Of a stretch of DNA of 64,000 nt, positions 9,877-24,200 are shown one piece after another (position 1 is the first letter of the stretch; the number at the start of each line of letters is the position of its first letter). The stretch lies in NCBI GenBank assembly GCA_965235115.1, contig OZ249436.1:37448001-37512000 (forward strand), given 5' to 3'. The notes under the pieces were generated by a model. The model made no database searches. It saw nothing but the letters and a program-made list of their open reading frames with translations, and was not told where the DNA came from. This DNA comes from Laetmonice hystrix. Taxonomy: Eukaryota. The translations under genes were made by a program, and so were the position numbers.

Positions 9877-12800
9877 CGAATGTCGAGGGTCACGCTGGAA
9901 CCTGAACCCATTAACATCAAACCCTGTCAGCCTTAGTGCCAACCAACAGACACCATTTTTCAGGTCCATTTTTCCTCCCCGGAGACTAATTTCATTAGAA
10001 AATTATTGGATGAGCCTTGGCTTAGCTGCATTCGGACCCGAGGGTGTGGTCATTTTTTAGCCTGTCATCATTTATTCATGGCATTATCAATAACGGTGAC
10101 GCGCGGCATGACTGGCCAGGAACAGTGCAATGGAATATGGGGCTCGCATCCAAAGGTTGCAATTAAAGGGCAACCTTTTGTAACCCTGATGTCCAGCATT
10201 GTGGCTACGCTCATCCTGCAGTCGTGTTTGGACATTCCTATGACAAAGGCCTTCATGGGCACATTGCTGGACATTTAACTAAGGATTTCACATCGATTCT
10301 ATCGCAGGGACACGTTTGTCAAAAGGAACATTTTGTCACTGTCTACATATACAACACCTCTTGCTCACTCCCACAACACAAACATGATCAGCATATCTCA
10401 CCACCCAAATCCCCTATCCAAACCCCTTTTCTCCTCCTGACAGACTTCCTAATGTGTGAACACTATTTTGCCGGCCCCTAAATTCCTTTTGTATTGACCA
10501 AAAGCGCTGCTCTTTCTCAGCACCCCACAAGTCCCTGTTGGTTTCGGGCTGGATCACCGGGGTAGTTCATCCGCCGGAGTAAGGGCCCCCAGCCCCTCCG
10601 TCACAGCTTCCATTGACGCTACCGTCCTCGCGGGGACTGGTCACTTGCCAGTTGATCACACTTCACATTATAGCATATGAAATATATGAGAAGCTTTCAT
10701 ATTTCCCGTCCCATCAGTAATCTGCATCTTTCAGGACTGCTTAGGGTCAGACGTTCCTGATATAGATTTTTTCATCACCAGTAGTGGAGGTGTGGGTCGG
10801 GCAGGGGGTTGGCTTTCTCCACCTGTCATATCTTCCTCTCAATGGCACCTGATGAATAAATTGATCCCAGAACGGTGTTGTCACCACTTCTAATTTTGAA
10901 ACGTTTCGCTTTGCTCCATGCTTTCTTGCACAATCTCGATTAAGGTTGATTTGATATGATAAACGCTCAACCTTTCAACAGCTCTTTCTTTGCCATCCAA
11001 CGCCATACATTGGAATTCCGTCAAACCCCATCAATAACAACTACCCACAAGCCACATGACCCTGTAACAGATCTGGCAATGACAGACACAGATTCCTTGC
11101 CTCATCTCTGCCATCTTCCATGTCCACCGACGGATGACACTGATTCTGAGAATGACGCCCCATCATGACCTCCTTCATTGACCTTGTCTTTGCCCGCCTT
11201 GACAAGGTTCTACCCCTGTGACATCTTGGTAACTTCTTGGCGCCTGAGCGGTATCCCTGAGGGACCTCCACCGGAGAGACGGCCGTGTCTACCCCCACCG
11301 TCTCAATTATGTCCTGTCCACGGCTAATATGACCCTTGTGACCCCACAGGGATGTGACCTTCGGAGGTGTCACAGGAGGGTGCAAATTGAATTCGGCCGG
11401 CCCCGGTCTGAGCGGCACCTGTGGCAAGGTGTGTGACCTGACTCTCTATGGTCACCTGGTGTGAGCAGTAAATGCCTCGCTCTCCCTACCACAAGATGAA
11501 CACATAGCTCACCTTAATCACTGGCCCCCCTAAAGGAGGATTCTGATGGAAGTTTGGTTATTGTACTGTGACAGCACACTTGATTTTTCTTAATTATTAA
11601 AATTGCCCCGGTGGTTCAAAGGTGGGGTCGCTATATGCAAAGGTTGGCAGCGGCGCAGTTCCACTTTTTCATGACAACGGAGTTTCAAGTCTTTTCACCC
11701 TCAATCCATCATTTTTACCAATATACCTTAGTCTTATCATACATAACCACCCAAGGCGTTAATCTGCCCCTGGCTAAGGCTGGACTACTATACCTGGATT
11801 AATATGTGGTATGTCTGTTCTTTTTGTCCCACCCTTAAGGGAATGGGTGGTACCTAAGAGACTGTAATTGTCGGGGTAGCCAATGGATTCATTAAAGGAA
11901 GAACAGAGGAAATTCAAAAGACAGCTGTGAATCAGAGGCACGAATGTAGGTAAAATAATGTTTTCCATCATTCAGAAGAACAATATGATGACCATTAAAC
12001 AGGACACTTTTATATACCCATGCCCTCCTTCTTCCCCCGTTTCTTCACTTCGCCACTTCAGAAAGTTCTGCAAAAATTTCCAGAAAGGATCGCTGAAGTT
12101 CATGCATGATGATAATCTCGTTATGCAGACATCATATTTCTTGGTCGAAATTGGCTTTAGATTAGAATTTCGGCGGTCTATATTCACACACCTTAATGTC
12201 ACAGGGGTCCACTTGCGGCGTAGGGGTCCCCAAGCGCCCTTCGTGACCCTGGTTAGAGATGCCCCAGGCATGAGGGCATTGGCACATCAAATTGGATCAG
12301 GACCCCCCACAGGGTTGGCCAACACCTGAGGCGAGTGTGAGACACATGCTGATCATCGGTTTCTCCGATGGTCAGGTCCCGCGAGATGCTGGCACACAAA
12401 AGGAACAGGGTCCAAGCAAGCATCCCTGTCACGCATCATATATACGGGGCGAACTACAGAACCCGGCGTCTGCTGTTCCGAGCGAGACAGCCCAAAACAG
12501 CACCGTCAACACTTTTATTTAATGGCCATGTCCCCTATTCCCCTCGAGCAAAGGTCCAAGTTGCTTCACAGCGCCAAAAAAGATCTAAGCGTCCCAGTTG
12601 CAGGTGAACATGTGAGGAGGGCCGAGCTATAATGGACTTTATGAAGGTATTGATGGCCGCCGAAATGAGCATTTCTTGACATCTGTCTTTGGGCTATGCC
12701 GAGGTGTCATCATATCCACTTGATCTTCCACCACGGGGATCAGTTCCAATAATTACATCGCCTTCCCGGCAATGATCCTCTGTCAACTCGGCCACCAAAT

Positions 12801-15800
12801 TGATGACTTGGAGTCCAAAATGGAAGTTCCTTCTGCCGGACAGCGGCATTAGCAGCCACCCCCTTGTGCCGATGACTGATGATAGCGCCACTGCCTCCTC
12901 CCCCTCTACCCTTTTCCCCACTCTGGGCGCTGCGTGCCTGCCCGCCTGCCCCGGTCCCAAAACAGAAGGGGCCATCTCAACGAGTAGAAATACAATCAAG
13001 TATTTGGTGGCGCTGTAGATTTACAGATTTATTGATACCAGGAGGGAAGATCTTCACATAAAATGATGCTGGTGACAGTGTGGCTGCCAGTGAACGGGCG
13101 ATAAGTGGAGGCAGTGGTGTACCCAGTACAAACTGTGGAGTGGGACACACTTGTAATCTGTCGGGCAAATCGAGGTCCGTTTGATCCTTGCGGGAACAGG
13201 TTATCATCTCGCCAAGACAGGGACTTTTGATAAGGAGAAGAACAGAATTGAGGTTAAAATCATAGGTCCCCATTCTGGGGGTACGTTTCACGGTTTGAGA
13301 CTACCCTTAGCGACAGCAATATGTTAACAGAAGCGGGTTTCTATCGCCCCCGCCCCCGAAAAAAAGATCATTCAATGATAATACATTCAAAATATGGTAT
13401 TCTTTCACCCTTTTAAGACATCAACAAAAGAAACAACAGAAGAAACCTTTAGCGTTCCCCTCTTTTCCCTCAAAGATATCAGTGATGGCACGGACAATGG
13501 GACGGGTCGGATAAGTTTGGGGCGGCCGGGTGATTTGAGGTGTCTAGGAGCAAGTCATCAGCGGCGCGCCTGTGAGTAAGCAGTCGGATCTCACCGAAGT
13601 ACCATTCGGGGTCGGTGTTGACCAGCCGAGGGGGCGTGCCGATGCCAGTCCACCCTAAGACATCCAAGACAAATGAGAGTCTGACCCAACTACCAGGGGG
13701 CAAAGTGGCCAGCCCCAATATCCCCCAATTCCCAGCGTACCCCATTCCTTCCGTGGCCCTTGCAATTCTGGCAGAGGCATTAAGAGCCACCTTCATTATC
13801 AAATGACATCATCGCAGCCAGGCAATAATATCAATCTTTACTTGGCAATCAAAGTTGGTCGAACCTCTGAGAAATATGAATCTCAGTGGACGAAACTCCG
13901 GACGGCAAATAAACGTCTTCAATAACCAGGGTCATTAGACACCCCCCTGAAAATACTGTTCCAGTGATATTTCACATTGTCACCCAACAATTGAGAAGCA
14001 AATAGAAAGTGTCTAAAATGTCGCGCTCTGTTTGTCTGGCCGTCTGTATTGTCAGCGTGTATTTATTAGGTCTCTGGCACCAGCGGCGCTCCTTGGACAG
14101 TTTGCCGAGAGGGAATTGGGCTTGGGAATGAACCCACACCCGCGCTTCATGAGTATATATGACAGTCGTCGCGGCTAATTTCCCCAGTCTATGGGACTGG
14201 AATTGCCGGTGCCATGCGAGTGTGTGCTCCCGGCACAACCGCGCTGTCAACGCGGCTGATTATGCCATGACTGGGGACGATTGGTCGGAGACCATGGCGT
14301 CTCCCCATGGACGGAGCGGTAACAAGGCTGGCTGAGGATCCGACCATCTCTTCAACATCCCTCCATCGTAAGATTCCATTAAGTTGACACGACGTACACT
14401 GGGGTTTAATCACTGATAACTACCTTACACCAACCTCTACCACTGTCCAATGATGCCAAATTAGAAGCCTATAGAGGCACCAACAAATCGTGTCGCACAC
14501 TGTCTTGTCCGTTCAAACGCGGCATTATACCTCTGCAGACTTCTTGTGCCTTCTACACTTTCGAACAAGTTCACGACTTTCCTTTTCCAACTCCCTAAAG
14601 TTTCCTTTTCTTTTAGTTTTTCTCACTCTCCTTGTTTGTCCGGTGTGGCTGAACTTTGTCCTTTGTTTTCTCCCTCCATCCTGCCATCTTAATCCCATCA
14701 AAGCCCTTTGCATGCAACGTGGAGCAGGAAGGGGGTTGTGATCTGATGGAGGCGTACCTCATAACCTACTCCTGTCGTCGGCAGCCTGGAGCACACAATC
14801 ATCTTCATGTGTGTCCTCCGGGCTACAGCCGAGCCAGCGCCGAGACAATGCTGCCATAACTCACTGCACCAAATCTAGGCAAACATGCCGCTTATGGCTT
14901 CCGATGAAGATTACCCACGCTATTATCTAGTATGACATTGGCTGCATGATCACATGCCTACAGGCAGGCAACCAGTGTCAACAGCCATGAGCACCTCAAT
15001 TATTTTGCATGGGACTCAAGCTGACCTTGGCAGGGTAAGGGGGGGGCGAGACTGGGGCTGGACAATGGTCAGTGATTTAACACTGTGGTCAGTCACTAGA
15101 CAGCTGGAAGGATGACCACTGTGGTCTGTTATCATTGCCCGGCTGGGCCGGACAGTCATGGATGGGGCACGGTACTGGAGCTGGCATTGCCACATCTGTC
15201 CTGCATTCCATTACGCTTATGTATGGGTAAGGACACCGGTGAGCTAACATATTGGTATTCCGGGCTCCTGGACCGTCACCTTCGAGTGGAGAAGCAACTC
15301 AATACTCATCTACCACCACAGGGAGCATATATAGCTGACCAAAGCTAAACGTACTCCAAAAGGTTGGCGGGAGCATCAGTATAGATATATCTTTAGGTGG
15401 ATATTAATTGTCCTTTTTTCAATTAATTTAAAAATAATTAGTTGAACAAAAGTTTTAAATTTCAAATCCTTCCATTTTTTTACCTTTAAACTGCGTAAGG
15501 ATGTCGTACATTAAAAAGACCACAATGACTAATAATTTATGAGATTAAATCTCCCAAATCAAACGCTGTTTATCGTTTTATTCCGACTTCACCCACTAGC
15601 GTTATTTCTAGGTGAGTAGCCACATGTGCGGTGTACCACATGACATGTCTGAAGAGATGTCTGTGGTAGATGAAGAGATCAAATATTGAATGTGATAATC
15701 GACTCCCTCTGGAAGGGCGTTGGCCTGGCTCAGGCCACAGTGGAGGGGGGATTTTTTTTTACCGTGTAACGTACATAACAGTGGACCTTGTAATAGCATA

Positions 15801-18203
15801 CAGCAAACTTAAAGTTGTCTGAGCGCAAAAAAAGGCCACAAAGAATCCATAGCAATGTGCGAGCGTGTTCCTGTAAAGGAGATTAGGCATTTCTTATGAT
15901 TCGACGTCTTGATCTAGTACAATAAAACAATGTTGGTACTCCGGAGGGGAGATCACCCACACAATGTGTGTTCTATCAACGCTCTGCTGATGTGTAACCC
16001 AAGACAACAGTGTGCATGGCGTCAATCTTCTATAAATAAACAGGGCGGATTTCCGCCACCGTTCAACTCACGTTTCTTATCTACTGATCGGCCTCAGCAG
16101 AGACAGAAAATGAGCCCTCTTCTAGAAGTGGGACCCAATCGGATTACAGACACGTAAAAGGAACATCGCCACTGGGATCGGGCGACAGTCTGTTTTTGAT
16201 CATGCCGTTTTTATCACTTCTGATCACAGCTAGATTTAAAAATTTAACTACTAGGTCGAGTGATTGCGTGGCGTTGGTGCGCCGCTACGCCACTTCACTG
16301 TAGGGGAGGGGACAAGTCTGCATGCGTGACTCTTCGATCCTTTTGTGCCGCACATACTTGTCAGTGGAAATGTAATTTTCAAATGACAGTCCTTTGGTGT
16401 GGCGACCATTGAGAGTCCCCGCGCTTAGATAGCCGCGCTGTAATTGGTCACCATGCCTCCTGGCTCCGGACCCCACTCCTGCACTCGTCACCACAGCCAT
16501 TCGATCTGACAAGCTTTGAAAAATCTTAGCGCAGTTGCTGGCGACTTCAAACGGTGTTTTAAGGTGGCCTTGCACAATCCCCTCCAAAAGAGTAGCACGC
16601 AGTTCAAAGCAGCTGTCCCTTAGCACAACGCCGCGCTGGTCCAATCTAATTGGGTGTTGGCGAACGAATCCAATAGACAATTATTTAAAACGGTGCCATC
16701 TGAAATCTGTGTCACATCAAAGGAAGTGATCGAGACGAGTCAACATTTTTGACCTTCCGATGGTTTTTGTCTTTCTCTTTTTTTTAGGCGATTGGGCCAG
16801 ACCAAAATGGATTTGAAGAAGTGGATGTTTATTAGTGGTGTGAGTGGTTTTATGTGGTGTTAGCGCATAGAACACTGGTTTCTAAATCCACTCCTGAGAA
16901 CGTACCTCGTCATGTGGTTACAATTTATATTTGCCATGCAAAAATGATTGGTAGTAAGTCAGTAAGTGAGGTGAGTGGGCGGGGAGGAGGCAGAAGACGG
17001 GGAGGAGGTTACAGCCACAAAACCCAGGCTGGCACCAAACACTACGCCAAATTACTTGTCATTGCCGATGGCCAAAAATATCAGTTGTATCTATTGCTGG
17101 CTGGGTGTTGGAGGGTGTCGAGAGCGGCGCTGCGTGTGAAAAGTTCTACAACTGGTATATAGAGACCGTTTGATCCCAGCATCTCACAGACTCGGCCTGA
17201 GAGTAGATCAGCATGCTTCACCATCTCCTGTCTTCTGGGGAACCGTCTTCAACACCGGTACAATTACGAAGAACACTTATTTTTATACTTATTCAGTGTC
17301 TTACAACATAATTTTGTTTAATTATAACTTTTCTCTCCTTTAGTATCGCACTAAGTGAACAGAGGTTTAACTTCATAACAGGATTCTAAAAGGTCTCCAA
17401 AAATACACTTTGTCACGATAATGGTATTCCTTAAAGTAAGTTTGAAACTTTAACCTCCTAACGTAGAGGGATTATCATCCTACTGGCCGGTAATGTTTCA
17501 GCTTTAGCATGTAGCTCCCCTGAGCTGGGCCCCAGACGTTTGTCTGAATTCCTCCTCCACGGCAGCGCGGCGCCCGCCGGAGGAAGGCCGTGCCCGGGAG
17601 AGCCATACACCACAGACTGTGACTGTCTTCTACTCCCATCGTGTCGCAACTCTTAACACTGGAAACCACGTGAAAAACATCGCCCATCATTTTTCATAAT
17701 TATAACTGTTTACTTTCCATTTAGCAAATAGTACCCAGGAGGGTGTAATAGCTTTCGGAAGAGGTGTCATCGATTGCTATGTTCTCCATAGGGACAGTGG
17801 TTTTTGTTCAGTCCCGGCCCGGTGGGGACTTGTTTCCACTCAGCCCAGATGGCCGCTGGTGGTGTCGGCTATGATAAAAATGGCGGCCGATATCAGAACA
17901 AAGCCAACCGGATGTTGTAAACCGTATGTAATGGGAACAAACAACTGCCAACATTAAATTCTGGGGCTTCAAGGACCCCATGGGGGCACCAGCAAAATGC
18001 CACTCCGTTGGGATTTCATCTGACACAATTAAATGATGAAGTTTAATTTTTGACGCACAGACATCCGTAATTAAAGAATTGACTAATAACGCTGTAATAT
18101 GGGGCATTTATTATAACATATGAGAGAGAGAGCTTTAAAACCCCCATCATTCAAAACAAAGGCAACCTACAAGGATTAACATTTAACAAGGAACTGTAAC
18201 TAA

Positions 18204-18216
18204 AGGTCAAAGGTCA
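18204..18216 (+). promoter_or_regulatory. Perfect nuclear-receptor DR1 motif AGGTCA-A-AGGTCA
   Basis: Exact consensus sequence seen; function not shown. Confidence 0.35.
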
Positions 18217-21200
18217 ATAAGAAGGGCGACAAAGATTAAAGTTTCTACTGCAGCAAACATGTAGGTCTACCACCAAATGACACTTCCCAGGAGTGATTTC
18301 TTCTTTTCATTATAATAATGACTACCCCAGTGGACTGATGGGGGTGAACCTCTTTTTATCTGTTTAAAAAAACTCAAATTCTTCCTGGTTTGCCTCAGCC
18401 TCAGTGATAAACACCCAAGGCTATTAGTAGATCATTACTGAGTGATAGATTGTTCAGCCAGTTTGTCCCCCTTGCCTGTCTCCTTCCCCCAACAAATGAC
18501 CCCCAAATGGCCACAGTGAGTGTCACAGCTCAGTTACAGGAACATCCTGCGGAGGGATAACGAAAAAAAAGTGCAAAAAAATGCACCTGTTGAAATCTGT
18601 CTGTCCCTGGTGAGTAATGTGGGTACTAGCGGTTGTGGCAAGGCTATAGCCGGCTGCGAGCCCACACTTAAAACAGTCCCCATGGTGGGACTACTGCACA
18701 TGTAGGAGCGCAACAAATTGATGTTTGACAAATCACTTGCCAGTAATTATGAGATAATGAGCCAGATTAGCAATCTAAATTCATTTGACATTGTTATTTT
18801 CACATGATCGATATCATTGCTGAGAAAACTGTGGGCAATTACGTGCAGACTAAAACTGCTAAATCATTAATAGGAAGATATAACAGCAACCCTTCCTCTT
18901 CTACAATCAGTCTGAAGAGGTCCCTGAAGTTTCATCTTCTACAGGATATATGCTTTTATGTATGGACAAAATACGGTCATGTTCTATGGTGAGCAATCAA
19001 TTTGGTTATTGAGACTCGGTGTTAACTTACATGTCCTGATTTTGATATACTTTTTATATTCAGGCAAAAATATTAATCTCCTACATGAGATGCACTGGTA
19101 CAATAAACCGGTAGTTACATTGATGTTTGTAGTGTAGGAACACGGCAGGTGGCGCCACCATCGCCTATACCACAAATCGCCCCAACTTTCCTTGGGTTGG
19201 GTGGAGGGCATTCGTTGCGCGAAAAGAAAAACATTCGTTTTTTCCTTTCCATTTCAAGGGCGCGCGTTGTCTCTTGACTCACAGACTTGCACAAATGTCC
19301 CCTCTCCTTTTTAATTATCTTTATGACACGTGCGATGGTATATCCTTCTCGCGTTAACATTACGTCCTAGGCAGCCTGCCACACAATATTCCCAAATATA
19401 ATTATCCAAACATTAATTGTCGCACCAATTACATCGAGCGCTTGAAGCGCACTCGTGTCAGTGAGCAGAATTCAGATGTCGACTGACGGTTATGATGTTC
19501 TGCTCGGATGTTTATTCAAACCATTCCGGACTTTACATGTACTCTGAATGTCTGATGGCCGGGTACATCATGCATAAAGGTTCAGCAGCTTACGGCCCAA
19601 TGACCTCGCTTTGTAAGCTGCTCGCCGATACTGTCCATACAGTGTTTGACACGGTCTTCGACTCAGGCCTTACTGTTGACCATTGACACCGAGCAGGTCG
19701 CAGTGAGGAAGGGAGGGGATAAGATTGTCAATTTTTTTGATGTTTCTGTGTGTAGGGGGGGGGGGGGGTCGCCTGCCACAGAGGCAAAGGACAGTCCCGA
19801 GCGTTGTTGTGGTTGTGTCGCTTTCCTCTGGCGTCCCCTGGGCGCCTGTAATCTGCGAGTCGTCCATATCGATCCGCCAGTACAAATTGCCAGTCCTCCG
19901 GTCCCCCTCCAATGGTCCTCGTTGGACTTCACTACCAGGCCATGCTCCGGCTGACCTAGGATTATGCCCGGCCAAATCCTCGACTGGCCGCCTGCTCGAA
20001 AAGCTTGGCCCAAATGACCCTACTTTACATGGCACACTGCACACGATTTCCAGGCGACCACTGCTTCTAACGGCGACTCTCGGGGCATATGTGAGATCAG
20101 GGGAGGGGCCGGGTCAGAGGGGGTCCGGAACTGTTTGAAGGAGGTCAAGGGTTGTGCGTTGAATGCCGGCAAGAAGGCCAGCTCAGGGAGGTTGAAAGTA
20201 GTCGGTCCTAAATGAGGAAATCAGGTAGAAGTTGTATGTGGGGAGTCGGGGCCCTTTGAGAAGGTGGGTGGTGCATCGTCCTGTCGGACAGGACCTTCGA
20301 CAGCACCTTCCGCGACAACACTCCACTGTATTGCCTTCAGCCGATGACCTCAAGGTGAGGATTCTGACACCCTGGATCCCGCATCAACTTTCAGCGATTT
20401 GCCTTACACTTTCCTCTTTTTTTTTGGGGGGGGGGGGGTGTAACATATTGGGCTTTAGAAGTAGATGAACGATTGGCCGCAGTCTCCAGTACGGTTGACA
20501 GGAGAGACCGCTGTGGCCCGGATCCAGTGTTCAATACTGTGGCCCAGAAGGGACACCTGAATTCCATCCCATCAGGAACAATAAAACGGAGTCCTGGCTG
20601 AGGAACATTACCTTGTATTAAGTTGTTCAATGGGCTGTGATGCTCCGCTTGAGAGATTAGGTAGAGGAGTACTTGGGGCCCGCCAGACCCCAGCCTGGGC
20701 CCTGAAGGCATTCCCTGTAGTGGGAGGGAGGGGCAGGGGCCACATGTGCCCCACCCTGGTGGGAATGGTGGCGAGGCATGCCCAGAATACTTGCCCGGAG
20801 AGTCCAGGGGGAGGGGGCAGTATGGAGAGGGGGCTGACCGTCGGAGGCCGGTCGGCAGGCAGGGTGGGCCCGACCGGTGGACAAGGCCATGCGAGCAAAG
20901 GACAGGCCGAATGCTGTCCCCCTAATCAGGCTGACAGCCATATTGATCGGGTCCTGCTCTGACCACACTCAACAGTGGCATGTCCAATGAAGGCCCCCGC
21001 ATTGGTTCACATACACACATTTCGGCGGGCCAAAGTCCTTGAATGAATTTGGCCACAGTCGCACCACAAAGTCCCCGGGCTCTGGACATTCCATCGTCAG
21101 CAAGCGCACCAGATGGATTCACACATTCAACTCTGTGACAGCTTCCTAGATCGAAATATGACGTCTGCTACGTGAAGCGATAACTTTCAAGGGATATATT

Positions 21201-24200
21201 AGGAAACGTGGTAGACTATTAAAAATCCCTTTGTGACATATTGTATTTCTATTCGTGCAGTATGCCAGGGAACGTTGTCCTCGGTTGAATCTTTGTATGC
21301 GTTTAGTCCTTGACAAAGAAGAGGAGATACGTGTATAATATGTAAAGCTTTCTCCATGAGCATATCATTTCCTGGTCCTATTTCCTGCTGTATCTTAAGG
21401 ATAATTAATCAATTTGATTATTTAAGAGTATGTTTTGTGTTATGAATGCAATATGTCTAAGTCAGAAATAGGCAAGTCTGAAGCATAAATCAACGTACAT
21501 AGATCAACCTAATTAAGGTTTGACTGTCGAGACCTTAGTGACAGGCACGTCTGAGGACAGATTCATGCCAATTTACGATGCCAAGGTCGGTTAGGGCCAC
21601 AGTTGGTACTGGGACCCCACACGATGGGTGCGAGTCAGGCAAGGTAGGAGGGGGTTGGGGTACTATAGGGTGAGGGCCTTGCCAATGAAACCCTCGGTCT
21701 CATGGCTTGGACTGGGACCAATAGTTGGCTAGGTCAACCTAATGCTTGTGTTGTTGCCACAAAAACACCTTACCCTTCGGCTACACTTCTCATCATCTCA
21801 ACACATTTAATGACATCATCGCAGACCACAGCCATCAGATTATATAGGCTGGCGGTGCTGGAGCTTTGTTTGGTTGAGACAGCTCCCACCCCCACCCCCC
21901 TACGTGGGCTCCAGGGGATTGGGGCCTGTCCGGCCAGCGGGGATTTGGCCACGAAACCCCGGCCCGGTCCGGGGCCGGGCCGGTCTCTGGTGGGTGTCCT
22001 GGTTCCAGACGTTGGGATGCCATGCAGACACGACTCCTCTAGGATTATGCCCGGAGGGTCATACAAATGGTCGGCTGGGACCCTCAGGGGGCCTGGGGAC
22101 CAAAGTGGGCCGGGCCGTGCTGTAGCCTCGCCCCTCCCCTTGAGAGCGAGCAGGGGGACCTTTCCTCACTGGAGTATATATACAGCAGCAGTTCGCCAAC
22201 AACTCCATCAGGAAATAGCCACCTACAGTACTACTCCACAGTCCAGCGATGAATAATGTGTACTGCAATAAAAAAACACAATTCGACCACACTATAAGAA
22301 ACTACGCCCTCTCGGGGGGGGGGGGGGGGGAAGTGTCATTATTTTCCATACATGTGTTCCTTCACGTTTTCTAACCATTTGTCTCAATTATTCGCCATTT
22401 TATGATGAATAGAGCACACCGAATTTTTCCTGCCTCTTGTCGCCTGAAGGATAGAAAAATATGTGTGATTCAGAAGGCTGTAAGACTTCACCTTGCTAAA
22501 TGTCCTGGTCATAAGTATTATATTCAAGCAGCAGCGGAATGGACTGATCTTGAACATTTTCAAGAATCATTGGTTTGGTGCCTGGTTATCATCGGTTATA
22601 ATCAATTACAACCAAATTTAACGTCTTTGATTAAGTCTGTGTGGGTGTGTTTTTTTTATCTTGTCCTCTAAACCTCCTGCTACTGCTGTTTTCAATGGAA
22701 CATACTTTGAGAAAGCGTCAAAAAGTGCATCATCATCATCTTCACCAATGTCCCAAAGTTGGTCCCGCATATCATTCATGGTCTGTCACCAGCAGATGCA
22801 ATGCATCAACCAATCAGGAGGCCCGAGAGAAAGCCTGGCAGCAACAGCGCCATGCCGGCCATGTGCAACATATTGGTGCTGTGCGCAAAAAGCTGGTGCC
22901 GTGCGCAGATCAGGTGAACTGTGAAGAGACTGGGACCCATTGCCAGGTGCTCAGGGGAACAATTCCTGACAAGCACGCAACTCATTTCCCAGTGCTGAGC
23001 TGGCCAAGGTAGATTCTGACCAGCACACATGCAAAACCAGTGGCTTATAATGCATCATGTCGTTAAAATCTTAATAAGCAGACATTTTTCTTCCATTAAG
23101 TTCTCCAGCATTAATTTCTTGGACACAGAAAAGGAACCATGGCACGTCAACTATGGGGCCTTTCAAACATGCCGTAACTAGGAAAAATCTTGCAACAGAA
23201 TTAAATATGCCCTCCATATTACATTAAAACATAGGGCTACCTCGTCATACACCTTTAATAGACAATGCCTCAACATTGCCATGGCATCTATTAAACCGCA
23301 CTAATCTGGCAATAAGTCCTTCTCTCTGCAAGACTCCATCCATTCCCTGTTATGACAATACCCCTCGGAGACAAACCTCCTACTGATGGTAGTTATCGGG
23401 CAGACTAACTAGTCTAACCTAGTCCGTACGACCAAGTGAACATAATGCTCTCATGTGGCGTCTTGTCTAGCGAGATTTCAATATGATATTCCAAGATGGC
23501 ATCGGACGAAGGAATTCAAAGCGCCGTGTTGCCGATTCCCCGTGGTCCTATCATCTCCTTTGACAACATTCTTAACAGGATGATTCAGCAGTTTCACGGG
23601 TCCTTGGGGAATCAAGCTGGCCGCCACCCATCCCCTTTGGATACCGACTGGTTGCCAAGCAGATGGGTGCTGTCAACATGGAGGCAGTGTCCATGGCTCT
23701 GAGGCGACACCCTGGACACTTAGAGGCCATTTTGGCTGGCCGTCAGACAGTACCTTTGACCGGTGGGACCGTATGACATAGTAGTTGGAGTGGACAATTA
23801 TCTAGATCACTGTCCAAGAGGAATGGGAGGACTAGGATGACAAAGCCCTGACTCTGGGACAACCTCCTTGGAGATGAAACACAGTATGGATCATCATGTC
23901 TCCCGGGTATGGGGGCAGCCTTGCCCTTGTCTGGCTCATAAAAAAATGGACGGAAAAATAACAGCATCCCCAGTTTTGCGCCTGTAATACGTTGACGCTT
24001 AAAGTTTGTAGCCGTACATAACAATAGCAATTTGCAAAACAGACCAGCAAAAGTTTTACATTTGTATATTACATCAACAAAGTACGACTGTCTCTGTTCC
24101 ATACAACGGCACTTCTAAAGTTCTCCATTACAGATTGGAAGCACTTTTCATCCGAAGTACCGACTATGACGACGCATTTTATTAGTTCTCTTTCATTTTC

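Noticed and set aside
11972-12271. FWKFLQNFLK resembling L1/Tx1 ORF2 C-terminus; similarly 345..566
   Set aside because: No Cys/His knuckle or RT motifs nearby; too weak to call a LINE remnant without BLASTX.
13622-13703. Two CTCF-like cores (CCGAGGGGGCG, ACCAGGGGGCA)
   Set aside because: Partial matches only; common in GC-rich patches.
16285-16680. 131-aa ORF with LLEGIVQG resembling an RTE-LINE C-terminus
   Set aside because: Only a 7-8 residue resemblance; the flanking RTE motifs (RLRWFGH, RGRPR) are absent.
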